Assembly (NCBI RefSeq): GCF_006345805.1
Contig: NC_043008.1
Span: forward strand, 33,852,001 to 33,916,000
Length of the DNA stretch: 64,000 bases
Direction: 5' to 3'
From: Octopus sinensis
Taxonomy: Eukaryota
Translations under genes and position numbers: made by a program
Notes under the pieces: generated by a model
What the model was told of the DNA's origin: nothing
Databases searched by the model: none
What the model saw: the letters and a program-made list of their open reading frames with translations, nothing else
Shown here: positions 1 through 11,120 of the stretch, one piece after another
Layout of the letters: each line of letters starts with the position of its first letter
How positions within the stretch are numbered: the first letter of the stretch is position 1

Positions 1-489
1 AAGTGTGGTGGGCATGGTTGAAAGGATTGAAGACAGGTACTTTCTCTTCAGCTGAGCCCTCATTTACTTTCTCAAGTTCCACTTGAAAAGGAAAATGAGG
101 GTGGTGAGGAAAGTGCTGTCTCCTAGTATTGTTGTTGAAAGGTGGGTGAATGTAGTGCGGATGATCCATGTGAATGGGCCTACTCTGAACATACACTTGT
201 AAGCCAGGAGGGTTGAGAAGATGAGAGGTGCTTGCTTGAGGTGCCTTTGGAAGTCAGGGTGAGGAATATGTGTGGAGTTCCTTGGTTGTCCTTAGGATAA
301 ACTCCCATTATGTGGAGAATTTTATTGTTTATTTGTTGTTGGTATTTGTTATTGTTTAATTGTATGTACAAATTGTTGTGCTAAACTTCCCTTGCATTGC
401 ATCATCCCTGTATGTTTTGTGTTCAGATCTTGTGGCCAATAAAAAGAAGATCATTAATATCATTATTATTATCATAATTATCTGATGAA

Positions 490-1000
490 AACACCCAGAT
501 TATTTTGCTGGGTATGATGGAAAGTGTCAGCTGTCCACAGCCAGCAGACTAAGGTGACACTTGGTCATGCTTCAAGGACATTGCAAAGAATTCTTGCAGT
601 TTCAAGCAATGATGATTTTTTTAGGTTCTTCTACTTTTACATTTGTACCAATCCTTTTGATCTGAGTTGGTAGTTGAGTGCTGATACTTCCAAGTGCATC
701 AGTTACAATTGGTACCACATCTACTCTCCTCAATGACCACAACCTTAGTATTTCCCACTTCAAATTGTCATAGTCGTTCAGTTTCTCTTCTTTCTCTTTG
801 ATCCTGTTGTCACCGGGTCATGCTATGTTGATTATCATGCATGGTCTTCCTTCTTTATTCCACCACAACAATGTTCAGTTTCCAATGTCTGGTCAGGTGA
901 TTGCACTGAATCATTGCATCCCACAAGATTTTGCACTTTTCATCTTGGTGATTCCTTCAAGGGTTTGCTCATACCACATCTTTTTTTGTTATAGGCTGTG
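490..1000 (-). mobile_element. R4/Dong-like (RLE-class) LINE, C-terminal restriction-like endonuclease remnant
   Basis: Minus-strand translation, with stops and frameshifts, gives KILWDAMIQ..., LKWEILRLWSLRRVDVVPIVTDALGSI and KKSSLLETARIL..VL, typical of RLE C-termini. Confidence 0.75.
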
Positions 1001-1005
1001 ATAAG

Positions 1006-1380
1006 GTGTTAAGTTAGCAGAAGTGTTACCATGTATTTCTTCTGGTTTTATGTTCTGCGTTCAAATACCATCAAGGCTAACTTCACCCTTCATCCTTTCA
1101 TCCAGCTGAGTATTGGAGTCACTGCAACTGACTAACCCTCTCCTCCCAAATTTCAGACCATGAGCCTATAAAAAAGATTATTACTATTATTATTAGGATG
1201 AATCAAACTGACAGTTGTTGTCATGTTAAATACAATATTTAGCAGCATTTCTTCTGGATCTTTACATGCTAAGTTCAAATACCACTGAAGTGGTATTAGT
1301 GCTTCATTCTTCTGGGGTTAATATAATATGTACCAATTGACTCACCACCAACCCCAAATTACTGGCCTTGTTCCTAATTT
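1006..1380 (+). mobile_element. Two degenerate tRNA-derived SINE copies (family A)
   Basis: GTTCAAAT B-box followed by the aggt(c/t)aactttgcctttcatcc-like body shared with many copies in the window. Confidence 0.6.
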
Positions 1381-1510
1381 TGAAACCATCATTATCATTA
1401 TAAAACAAGATTAGTAAGAAGTATTATTATTTTTTTTTGTGATTATTAACAAAATTTAATTCTAAAATCTACTTAATGTTGTCTGATTAAATATGCTAAC
1501 ATTTTCTTAG

Positions 1511-1946
1511 ACACAGGTACAAGAAATCCAAATCAAATGTGATATCTGAAGAAATGACCAAGAAGAGTACCACAAGGACCTGTTTACCAGTGAAAATAGA
1601 ATCACAACTAAATAACACTTTGAAACAGCAAGCCGCAAAGATATTGCCCCCAAATAATGCACATTCAATTAGAAATGATCCTTGCATGATGGAAAATGAA
1701 TTGCATTCCTTTGATGCATATTATTCTGTCACAAAAGAATCATGTATGGTTGATGATAATGTTGAAGAATATATGTATATGGCTAAAAAGGATATATATT
1801 CAAATGTAAATGATATATATGAAAATGGCTCAGATACTGTTCACAGTGATTTATGTTTCACTGAGAATGAAGGATATTATGTAAATTCAGCTGAAAATTA
1901 TTTATGCTCTGGTAAAAATGGCATGTATATTGATGTCTTGCCATAA
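1511..1946 (+). CDS. Probable terminal coding exon: tyrosine-motif-rich cytoplasmic tail of a membrane receptor whose upstream exons lie outside the window
   Basis: Branch-like TGCTAAC (1494-1500) and TTTTCTTAG acceptor (1502-1510). Open frame HRYKKSKSNVISEE...EEYMYM..DIYSNV..DIYENG..GYYVNS..ENYLC..GMYIDVLP*. The basic start plus YxN/Yxx-hydrophobic motifs fit a receptor tail. Confidence 0.55.
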
Positions 1947-2448
1947 GTGATTAATATAAATTAATTGAAAGTGTTTTCTTCTAAAAATTCAATCTGAAGA
2001 AATGACCGAGAGGAGTACCACAAGGACCTGTTTACCAGAGGAGATAGAATCACAACCAAATAAAACCTTGAAACAGCAAGCAGCATGGATATTGCCCCCA
2101 AATAATGCACATTCAATTAGAAATAATCCTTGCATGATGGAAAGGGAATTGCATTCCACTGATGTATATTCAATTGCAAAAGGTTTATGTATGGTTGATG
2201 ATAATGTTGAAGAATATATGTATATGGCTAAAAAGGATATATATTCAAATGTAAATGATATATATGAAAATGGCTCAGATACTGTTCACAGTGATTTATG
2301 TTTCACTGAGAATGAAGGATATTATGTAATTTTATCAGCTGAAAATTATTTGTGCTCTGGTAAAAATGGCATGTATATTGATATGGAATCTTGCCATAAG
2401 TGATTAATATAAATTAATTGAAAGTGTTTTCTTCTAAAAATTCAATCT
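1544..2448 (+). repeat. Tandem duplication, two units of ~450 bp
   Basis: Unit 1 is 1544-1991 and unit 2 is 1992-2448. Both start ATCTGAAGAAATGACC and the array ends in ATCT. Confidence 0.95.
2002..2403 (+). CDS. Duplicated copy of the Tyr-rich tail ORF (alternative exon or pseudo-exon)
   Basis: 133-aa ORF paralogous to 1539-1946; internal indels keep the frame. Confidence 0.35.
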   Translation: MTERSTTRTCLPEEIESQPNKTLKQQAAWILPPNNAHSIRNNPCMMERELHSTDVYSIAKGLCMVDDNVEEYMYMAKKDIYSNVNDIYENGSDTVHSDLCFTENEGYYVILSAENYLCSGKNGMYIDMESCHK

Positions 2449-3005
2449 TATTATATCTACAGAAAAAAGATACTTAAAAACAAACCTCAATGTCAACACT
2501 TCAAAAACCTAATAGAATATTTGAAATATGTTTTCACTGAAATAATTAAACAAATACCAGCCCCCGCCACACAATTATATATACACTCCTATAAATAAAC
2601 AAGTATTTATAATCATAGCTGTTATAATAGTTTATATAAAACATTGGTTTGGCAAACTGTAGTTTCCTTTGAAATTTGTGGTGTGAGACCAAATGTAGCA
2701 CTTTGTACTGCATTGATGTTTCTTTTGTCTCTCTTCCTTCTCTTTTTCTTTCTTTCTCTCTTCCTTTTATCTTTTTTTTACCCTGATTTTATTCTTTTAT
2801 TTGTCTTTCTTTTGTAATACGTTGTATTAAGGAAAAATAAGAATAAGAGATATTTTTTCATACAATAAATTTGGAAATAATATTTTTAAGGCTCAATTCC
2901 ATTAAATTATTAAATTTTAATATCTTCGATTAATTTTCCTTAATATAATTCACAGTTCAATATTTGATGCTGAACAGTTGTATTTATTATTTTAATTATT
3001 AATTA

Positions 3006-3200
3006 AGGTGATGAACTGGCAGAATCATTAGTATACTGGTCAAAATGCATAGAGGTATTTCACCTGCCACTACGTCCTGAGTTCAAATTCTGCCTTTCTG
3101 ACTTTGCCTTTCAGGGGCGATAAATTATGTAGCAGTTGCGCACTGGGGTCGATGTAATTGTCTACCCCTTCCCCTCCAATTTCAGGCTAAGATTATATTA
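3006..3200 (+). mobile_element. tRNA-derived SINE, family A
   Basis: gaactggcagaatcattag...gagttcaaattc (B-box)...gggtcgatgtaatt... Confidence 0.8.
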
Positions 3201-3209
3201 ATTATCTCT

Positions 3210-3610
3210 CCTTTTACTCTTTACTCTTTTACTTGTTTCAGTCATTTGACTGTGGCCATACTGGAGCACCACCTTTAGTCAAGCAAATCAACACCAGGAC
3301 TTATTCTTTGTAAGCCTAGTACTTATTCTATCGGGGCTCTTTTGCCAAACTTTATCAAGCAATGTTGGGCGCGTAGGAGACAGACACAGACACACAAGCA
3401 TATACACACACATGTATATATACATACATATATATATACATATATACGATGGGCTCCTTTCAGTTTCCGTCTACCAAATCCACTTACAAGGCCTTGGTTG
3501 TCCCAAGGCTATAGTGAAAGACACTTGCCCAAGGTGCCATGCAGTGAGAATGAACCCAGAACTGTGTGGTTGGTAAGCAAGCTAATTACCACACAGCCAC
3601 TCCTGCACCA
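3210..3610 (-). mobile_element. tRNA-derived SINE, family B (internal microsatellite)
   Basis: ttttacttgtttcagtcatttgactgtggcc...gaacccagaactgtgtggttggtaagcaagcta..., shared with copies at 5425, 8455, 24790, 37050 and 51975. Confidence 0.85.
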
Positions 3611-3699
3611 AGTCATTAATTTTTATTATTTGGTGTGAAAATAAACATAACAAGCAACTTTTGGCATAACAATTAAAAAATGGATCCTATTTTATAAAC

Positions 3700-3990
3700 T
3701 TAATTCAACTAATGCAAATAATGTGAAAAGAAAACCTAAAACATCTTTATATCAATGATAATGATGAAAAGGAATCTTATCTAAATCACTGTTTAAGCCT
3801 AAAGGAATACCTGAACTCCCCTCATGTATAAGCAAAAAAATATAGAAATAACCAAACCCACAATAATAAGGGCAACAAAGAATGAAAAACAATCGACTTA
3901 AAGTAGCATCATCGACAAAAAAATCCTCCCCAAATTCAATACTATCAAAATGATCATAAAGCCTAATCACAAAGGCTGAATTTAATTAAT
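3700..3990 (-). pseudogene. cob: NUMT: mitochondrial cytochrome b fragment
   Basis: Minus strand gives Y-W(TGA)-IWGG, FFVDDATLSR and HEGSSG.PLGLNSDLDKIPFH..YKDVLGF, which match cytochrome b; frameshifted. Confidence 0.85.
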
Positions 3991-4986
3991 ATCCTAGTAA
4001 TTGAAAACCCCAAATGAAAATACATTATTAATGCCATATCAAAAAATAAAGTTACTTTTAATCTATAACTTTCAATTTTATTATTTTAATTAAACTATTT
4101 CTTCATCTATGAAAAATATATCAATTTACTAAAACCCCTTACAAGAACTAAAATTATTTATACATACAGCATAAACTACGATTCGTTAAATTATACAAAT
4201 TTCACATTTGATATTTCTGAAGAGCAGAAGAGTTATCGATAAATGCTTATCAATATAGGATTCCATTATTCTATATTATCTAAGTCTATCAATACAGGAC
4301 AATATAATGGATTTTACACATAACTATTATGGATTATTACAGAAGACTTTCCAAGGAAGCATATATGGATTTAAAGACTTTCATACTAAAGTGTACTTAC
4401 CAAAATCAAAAACAGTAATTTTTAATTTTTTATTTGTATTTCATCCAAATACCATTTTATCATATTACTTATTTTATCATATATTATATAAAATTCAAAT
4501 TTTATATCGCTGAAGAACAGAAGACTTGTCTATAAATGCTTATCAATATAGGATTCCCTTTTAGAGACAGCACTTCCGCAAAATGATCGTAAGATTCTTT
4601 AAAAAATTAATTCAAAACTTTGAAACTAATATATATTATATAGTTATACTTATACATATTTTCATATATCTATATATATTTATATTTTTAGTACAACAAT
4701 TATTTTACACACGTATATATCTTTCTGAAGAATTTTCTAATATTGATTTCCTGATATTAATAATAATATATTATAAAAAATATACATGCAGCATATAACT
4801 CTTCCAAATTAGATACATTAATAAATCATAACGATATTGAGGATAATTTGCATGAACACAATTAAATAAAACCCTTAACAATCCAACCACCAATGATACA
4901 GATAATTCTTTAGAAATAATGAAAAACTCTCACCCAAAGAACAAAACAGCACACAAAAATCTCATAAACCAAATATTCCCATATTC

Positions 4987-5200
4987 TTTTCTACTCTAGG
5001 CACAAGGCCCGAAATTTTGAGTGAGGGGACCAGTTGATGAGATCGATCACAGTACGCAACTGGTACTTAATTTATCGACCCTGAAAGGATGAAAGGCAAA
5101 GTCGGACTTGGTGGAATTTGAACTCAGAATGTAAAGATAGATGAAATACTGCTAAACGTTTCACCCAGCGTGCTTAACTTTTCTACCAGCTCACTGCATT
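4987..5200 (-). mobile_element. SINE family A inserted in the nad1 NUMT, with target-site duplication
   Basis: Flanked by AAATATTCCCATATTC (4971-4986) and AAATGTTCCTATATTC (5201-5216). Confidence 0.85.
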
Positions 5201-5424
5201 AAAATGTTCCTATATTCAGCCATAAATAACAATGCAAGACTAACTGCCCCATACTCATCATTTAAACCAAAAACTAATTCTGATTCCCCTTCAGCAAAAT
5301 CAAATGGGGTCTGATGAGTCTCTGCAATACTAGAAATGACTCATATTATAAATATAGAAAAATTACCAAAAAAAGAAACCAACACACTTATTGATATTTT
5401 AATAACCTAACTAAATAGGCATAT

Positions 5425-5775
5425 GTGTAGCTATATTGTAAGAAGCTTGCTTCCCAACCACATGGTTCTGGGTTCAGTCCCACTGTGTGACACCTTGGGC
5501 AAGTGTCTTCTACTATAGCCTCAGGCCAACCAAAGTTGACAGAAACTGAAAGAGGCCTATCATATATATATTATATATATATGTATATGTATATATTTTT
5601 GCATGTGACTGTGTTTGTCTGCTGCCCTCACCACTTAGTGGTTTGGCAGAAAAGACTGATAGAATAAGTACTAGGCTTATAAAGAATAAGTCTTGGGTGC
5701 AATTTCTTCAGTTTTTAAAACCCTTTAAGTTGGTGTCACAGTCAAATGACTGAAACAAGTAAAAGAAGAAAAGGA
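5425..5775 (+). mobile_element. SINE family B inserted in the nad1 NUMT
   Basis: tRNA-like head ...gggttcagtcccact...; nad1 reading resumes on both sides. Confidence 0.85.
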
Positions 5776-6094
5776 TAAAAGAAATTAATTCTACCCACTA
5801 ATAACAACCAGCTTATTAAAATTAATGATGTACTAACCTCATAAAATACTCTGAGCAATTGCACAAACAGATCCTAATGCATATTCAGAATCAGAAAACC
5901 AGCCAGCCCCTATTACTGAATATACTCCAATTCTAGGCATATACAAAAAACAACATTATACTTATACCCCTCCCAAATCCATAGCCACTAAAAAATAACT
6001 ATTCATAAAAATAAAGCAAGAAATAATCTCAAAAATTGACAAACAGGGAAAAGAAAATAATTAACTAAAGTAGATTTAATATACTTGTAGCTCA

Positions 6095-6270
6095 GGCAGT
6101 GAGATGGCAGAAATGCTAGTACGCAGGGTGAAATACTTAGTGATACTTTGTCTGTCTTTATATTCTGAGTTCAAATTCCACTGAGGTCGACTTTGCTTTC
6201 CATCCTTTCAGGGTTGATAAATTAAGTACCAGCTATGTACTGAGGTCAGTCTAATTGACTGGACCCTAAT
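6095..6270 (+). mobile_element. SINE family A
   Basis: gagatggcagaaatgctag...ctgagttcaaattcc...gaggtcgactttgc. Confidence 0.8.
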
Positions 6271-6644
6271 TGACTGTCCACTGATTGCAAAATTACATGA
6301 TGGAATTATGTACCGAGTGTTAAAATTAAAAGCCAAGTTCATGGTTTTAGACGTTTAAGGGAAACATCAGACTGTTAGCATAAATTGTGTGAAGTAGGCT
6401 TTTATTGAGTCACCTTCCCAGCAATAGTACCCCACTTCCCCACCCACAACACTTGTACATACTTCCACACAACATACACACTCCTCTGACACAACAAAGA
6501 ATACTACACCAGTTATTACATTCCCCCCAGCTCATGTTACCAAGAGCAGTAGAAAAGTCCACAGGCCAGCCAAATATGCTCACATATACTATTTTGATTA
6601 CTTTGTAAATCCTATTTTAAAGAACTCTTAGGCCAACAGGTTTT

Positions 6645-6705
6645 GGGGCCTGATGATATGCCATAAAGCTAAGCTCTTTATGGATGGGAAACCCAGAGTA
6701 ATCCC
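6645..6705 (+). ncRNA. Degenerate type I hammerhead ribozyme motif
   Basis: GGGGC-CTGATGA-[CCATAAAG/CTTTATGG stem]-GAAAC-CCAGA-GTA-ATCCC; base of helix II is mispaired. Confidence 0.4.
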
Positions 6706-7054
6706 ATATACTGGCCTTCCTCACTTTATATATATGTATATATATATGCAGCATGAAGTTTTGTCAGTGAACAGGTCGCGGTCTCAAAGCGATGGAAATA
6801 TTTTGACAAATTAAATTTAAATGTTGAAGTGAATCTAACGGTTTTGTGTGTTTCTTAAATGGCTTATAAACACCTTCCACGCTGCAATTGTTTTCGTTCC
6901 AGCACACGATCTGAGATCAAGTCACTTGCTATGCAAGTACATCTCCGTAATATATACATATATAAAGTTAATCCAAACATGAAAAGACAACAACGCAAAG
7001 ACGTTGAACAAGTATAGTATTATTGAACGCTCATGAAAGAAGGAAAGAAGGAGG

Positions 7055-7089
7055 GTTTAACGTTTCGAGTGGAGCTCTTCGTCAGAAAC
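7055..7089 (-). ncRNA. Minimal type I hammerhead motif (Penelope-type)
   Basis: Reverse complement: GTTT-CTGACGA-A-GAGCTCCACTC-GAAAC-GTT-AAAC. Confidence 0.6.
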
Positions 7090-7891
7090 ATAGGAAAAGG
7101 AAAGATCCAAAGAAATGAAGATGGACGAAAAAAATCACCAACGGTACACACACAGTTACATATATTTTATAACACAAAGTAAGTTAGGAGTTAAGGGATA
7201 ATGGAATTATTCTATGATACTATATTAATTTGTTGGATAAAAATACAAATTTAAGTATAATTTTAACTTCAACTTTGATGAAAAGAAAAAAATCCTCATA
7301 TTGATATTGGTGTATATTCGTGCATATATAAATACATGTACATGTGCTTCTATTTGTTACCCACACGCATGAACCTGTATATATTAAGAAGAACTATATA
7401 CTAAAAGCCATGGTCTAACTGTATATTTTTTATATATTATATACATATATATATTTGTTTGTATGGATTGTAAATTGTTTATCTTGTATCGTAATATTTG
7501 ATATATATTAGAATCTATTATAATATGTATTGTCAAGTGACGATTACTATAAATTTAATAATATTGTTATCATTGATAAATATAATAATAATAATAATAA
7601 TAATAATATTGTTAATAATTGATTATTGTTTATATAGTCATGAGCATAGACGTGTTTATATGTTCCAGTATATATGTATATATATGTATATGATGAATGG
7701 TCTATTTACTTGGACCTATAGTTTAATTGTGTTTATTTATGTATTTTTATACATGTAAAAGTATATATACTCTGCTTATGTATGTATATATGTATATGTA
7801 TAAGTCTATATGGATATTTGTTCATATTTTTTATATATATTAATTATACGTGTATCCTGTTTCATGTATTAATATTTTTGGAGTTCTTTAT

Positions 7892-8021
7892 AATCTCTGA
7901 CGAGGCCTATGGTTATATATATAAGTACCCTATTCTTAAATGCCTACAACCTCAATATAATTGACAACTATAGGCAATAAAAAAATACTTTTAACCATAT
8001 GGTGAAACAGCTGTAAGGAAT
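7892..8021 (+). ncRNA. Type I hammerhead motif with extended helix II
   Basis: CTGACGA at 7897-7903; internal stem GCCTATGGTT/AACTATAGGC; GAAAC-AGCT-GTA at 8004-8015; helix I TCT/AGG. Confidence 0.5.
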
Positions 8022-8374
8022 GATTTTAATGATTTCAATAATTTATATTATGATTTTTATAATTTGCATTTTTATCTTATATGTATTGAATTATAAGGTA
8101 TATATGTATGCTCTTAAGGTTCTCATTTTGTTAAATGAATAAATAATTCAACATTCTAATATCCGAAAGTTGATGAACAAACTAAATTGTTTCTCATTTT
8201 TCTTTACCTTTGCCCATATAATACGGTGAATGAAGTAATTGCATCACAATTCTTAACATTTATGTATTAGCTTTGTTGGGTGCTTTACTAGCAGTATATT
8301 GGATACATGTTATCCCATGGTGGGTTGCACTCACAACCCCTATCTCAATTTGTAATTATATATATATATAAATA

Positions 8375-8432
<58 letters not shown>

Positions 8433-8454
8433 TACACACACACTCATACACTTT

Positions 8455-8683
8455 TACTCTTTTATTTGTTTCAGTCATCTAACTGCAGCCTTATTGCAGC
8501 ACCGAATTTTAGTTGAATAAATTGACCCAAGGACTTATTCTTTGTAAGCTCTATGGGTCCCTTTTGCTGAAACATTAAGTTATGGGGATGTAAACTCACC
8601 AACACACCAACATTGGTTGTCAAGCAATGGTAGTGTGGACAAACACAGACACAAATGCATACATACATATACATATATATACT

Positions 8684-8719
<36 letters not shown>

Positions 8720-8870
8720 CGATGAGCTTCTTTCAGTTTCTGTCAACGAAATCCACTCACAAACTTTGGTCGGCTTGAGGCTATAGTAGACGACACATGT
8801 CCAAGTTTCCACGCAGTGGCACTGAACCCAGAACAATGTGGTTGGGAAGCAAGCTTCTTACCACACACCC
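8455..8870 (-). mobile_element. SINE family B
   Basis: Same body and head as 3210-3610. Confidence 0.8.
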
Positions 8871-9054
8871 ACATCATCATCATTATCATCATCATTTAAT
8901 GTCCATTGTCAATGCTGTCATGAATTGGACAGTTTGACCAAGGCTTTTATTCTGATAGGCTGCACCAATCTTCTGTCTGATTTGGCATGGCTTCAATGGC
9001 TGGATGCCCTTCCTAATGCCAACCACTCCAATATATATATATATGTTGTTGGGA

Positions 9055-10330
9055 GAGGAAAAGTCATTCCTGCATCGGCTAGTGAGAACAACAGATACTG
9101 TTTGATCTTGGGATGACTTTTTCTCTCCCTCCGATATACAGTGCTTTTAAACAGTACGTCCATAAGAGATTTTTTCTTGAATAAAACCTGCAGCAACTGG
9201 CTTATCAATGGTGTATATATATTAAGTATGATAAATTGATGGTTGTGTGTGTGAAGTTTGAAACTAAACAACACCGTTTGTTTTAAATTTCAAGAAAGTG
9301 AAGTAGCTAATACTTTCAAAGCCAAATAAATATGATTATTTACTTCTTATGTCAAACAAAATATATTTCTCTACAAAAGATAAAGAACTGAAATTTCCCA
9401 ACACTAATAAGTTGTTTTTTTCTTTTTCTTAACTTTTTTTTTAATAATTAATGAAATTACTTTAATGCGAGAATTACTGAAGGCTACTTAAAATAAAAAG
9501 AGATGAGTAAAAAAAAAGTGAGAGGAGGAACAGGAAAATCTATATTTAAACTGACAAGTCTAATATTAGACAGTTTTCAGTTGTTGCATTCTTATTGGTG
9601 TTGTCTTAATTCAGACAACTGAAATTTATTTGAATAATCGAGTATGTTTGTTAATAACTTTGTCACCTTTTAAATAAATTAAGGAGTGTCATATGAAATG
9701 CACAAGTGGCTTTTAACATATGATTATTTCATTTGTTTTATATTTTAGTCTTTTAATAATAACTTTGTCCAACTGTCCAATCCCAGATTCCCTCACATCC
9801 TGATGGTGAGAATAACCAAGGAAGTGTGTAACATGGCACCAAACAAATATAAACACAAAGCCTTGTTGACAAGCACCAGCTGTTTTAGCTGATAAACTTC
9901 AGTGAAAGATACACACACACACAAACAGTCACACACAAACACACATGCATGTACATGCCCCCCCCCCGCCAAACGGTAGTGGAAAAGTCATTCCGGCAGT
10001 GGCTAGTGAGAACACTGGATGCTGTTTGAACTTCTTGGAATGATTTTTCATCTCCCTCCAACATAATGTTTTTAAACAACATCTCCATAAGAGATGTCTT
10101 TCTTGAATAAAAACTGCAGCAGGTGGCCTATCAGCCGTGTATATACATTAAGTATGATAAATTGATGGTTATGTGTGAAGTACTTTCCAGTGCAAATAAA
10201 TGTGATTATTCACTTCAAATGTCAAAAGAAACATATTTCTATACAAAAGACAAAGAACTGAAACAGCAAATACCCCTAATGAGTTCTTGTTATTTTCTTA
10301 ATCTTTTTTTTTTATAATTAGAGAAATGGA
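9055..10330 (+). repeat. Diverged direct duplication (~9055-9480 and ~9975-10330)
   Basis: Shared collinear blocks ggaaaagtcattcc, gctagtgagaaca, ccataagaga, ttaagtatgataaattgatggtt and caaaaga(t/c)aaagaactgaaa. Confidence 0.8.
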
Positions 10331-11120
10331 TCTTTTCAATCTGACCAACAGATTTTTTAATGAATTTGTTTGTAACTAAACACTTTGAAACTTCGGATAC
10401 TGGTAGAATGTGTCACACTGAACAGAGTTTACTCTTCATGTTTTTGACAAAATTTTGTATTTTAGAAGTTACTTTGTGTTAAAGTTGTTGTATTTGGGTG
10501 ATTTTAACCAATCAATGGCATGTATTCAGCTGAAGAAAATTACTGCTGCTTTTTGCGAACAACAACTTCCATGTCCACTCCCCTAACAAAACCCTTCTTT
10601 AATAACCAGAGATGTTTTTATAGCAACATAGGTTTGCTGTATCAAGGTTGATTTGAGGCTAAATAACAACAAAATTATTACTGAGACAGACCAACTATGG
10701 AGCCTGTATGTGGTTGCATGACCTGCTAGAAAAAATAGCCAAGCTTTTATATATACAGAATAAAATAAACCTCTATCCTGTGATAAACACATAGAGTCCA
10801 CTATGTCTGGGTAGAAAGATGGAATGGTCACAGTTGAGACATCTTTGATCCAATCTGATGGAACAGATATGATCAAAGACGTCCCAACTGTGACCATTAC
10901 AACATATATAGGACAGCTATTCCAATAAAATTCCCTTTCTCCATCAGATGACAACATATGAGTTTTGGTCTTCTCATAGGTCTTCACAATAGCAAGAACA
11001 ATTCTTCTGAAATGCCATATGCCAATAATTCTAAAGCTGAAAAAGAAATGATTTGAGGTGTTGAGAGATGTAATTTTATAATTAAAACTAAATTCAAAAT
11101 TAAAATTTTGTAACATGTTA

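Larger units (their letters stand above)
4740..6090 (-). pseudogene. nad1: NUMT: mitochondrial nad1, interrupted by two SINEs
   Basis: Minus strand in mitochondrial code: GVYSVMGAGWFS.S.YALGSV.AIAQS; [25 protein letters not shown]...LLFMAEY; NYPQYRYDLLMYLIWKSY. Confidence 0.9.

Noticed and set aside
3990-4150. Possible nad5/nad6 or mitochondrial tRNA fragment
   Set aside because: Several incompatible readings; cannot be assigned without alignment
4210-4560. Duplicated CTGAAGA..cagaaga..ataaatgcttatcaatataggattcc motif
   Set aside because: May be a decayed ribozyme or pLTR, but GAAA is absent in both copies; unsupported
5305-5345. CTGATGAG...GAAA hammerhead-like string
   Set aside because: It is the antisense of nad1 codons (AETHQTP) in the NUMT and lacks helices I and III
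9627-9660. Possible micro-exon or 5' UTR exon (ttaattcag...gtatgt)
   Set aside because: Splice-like strings are common in AT-rich DNA; no independent support
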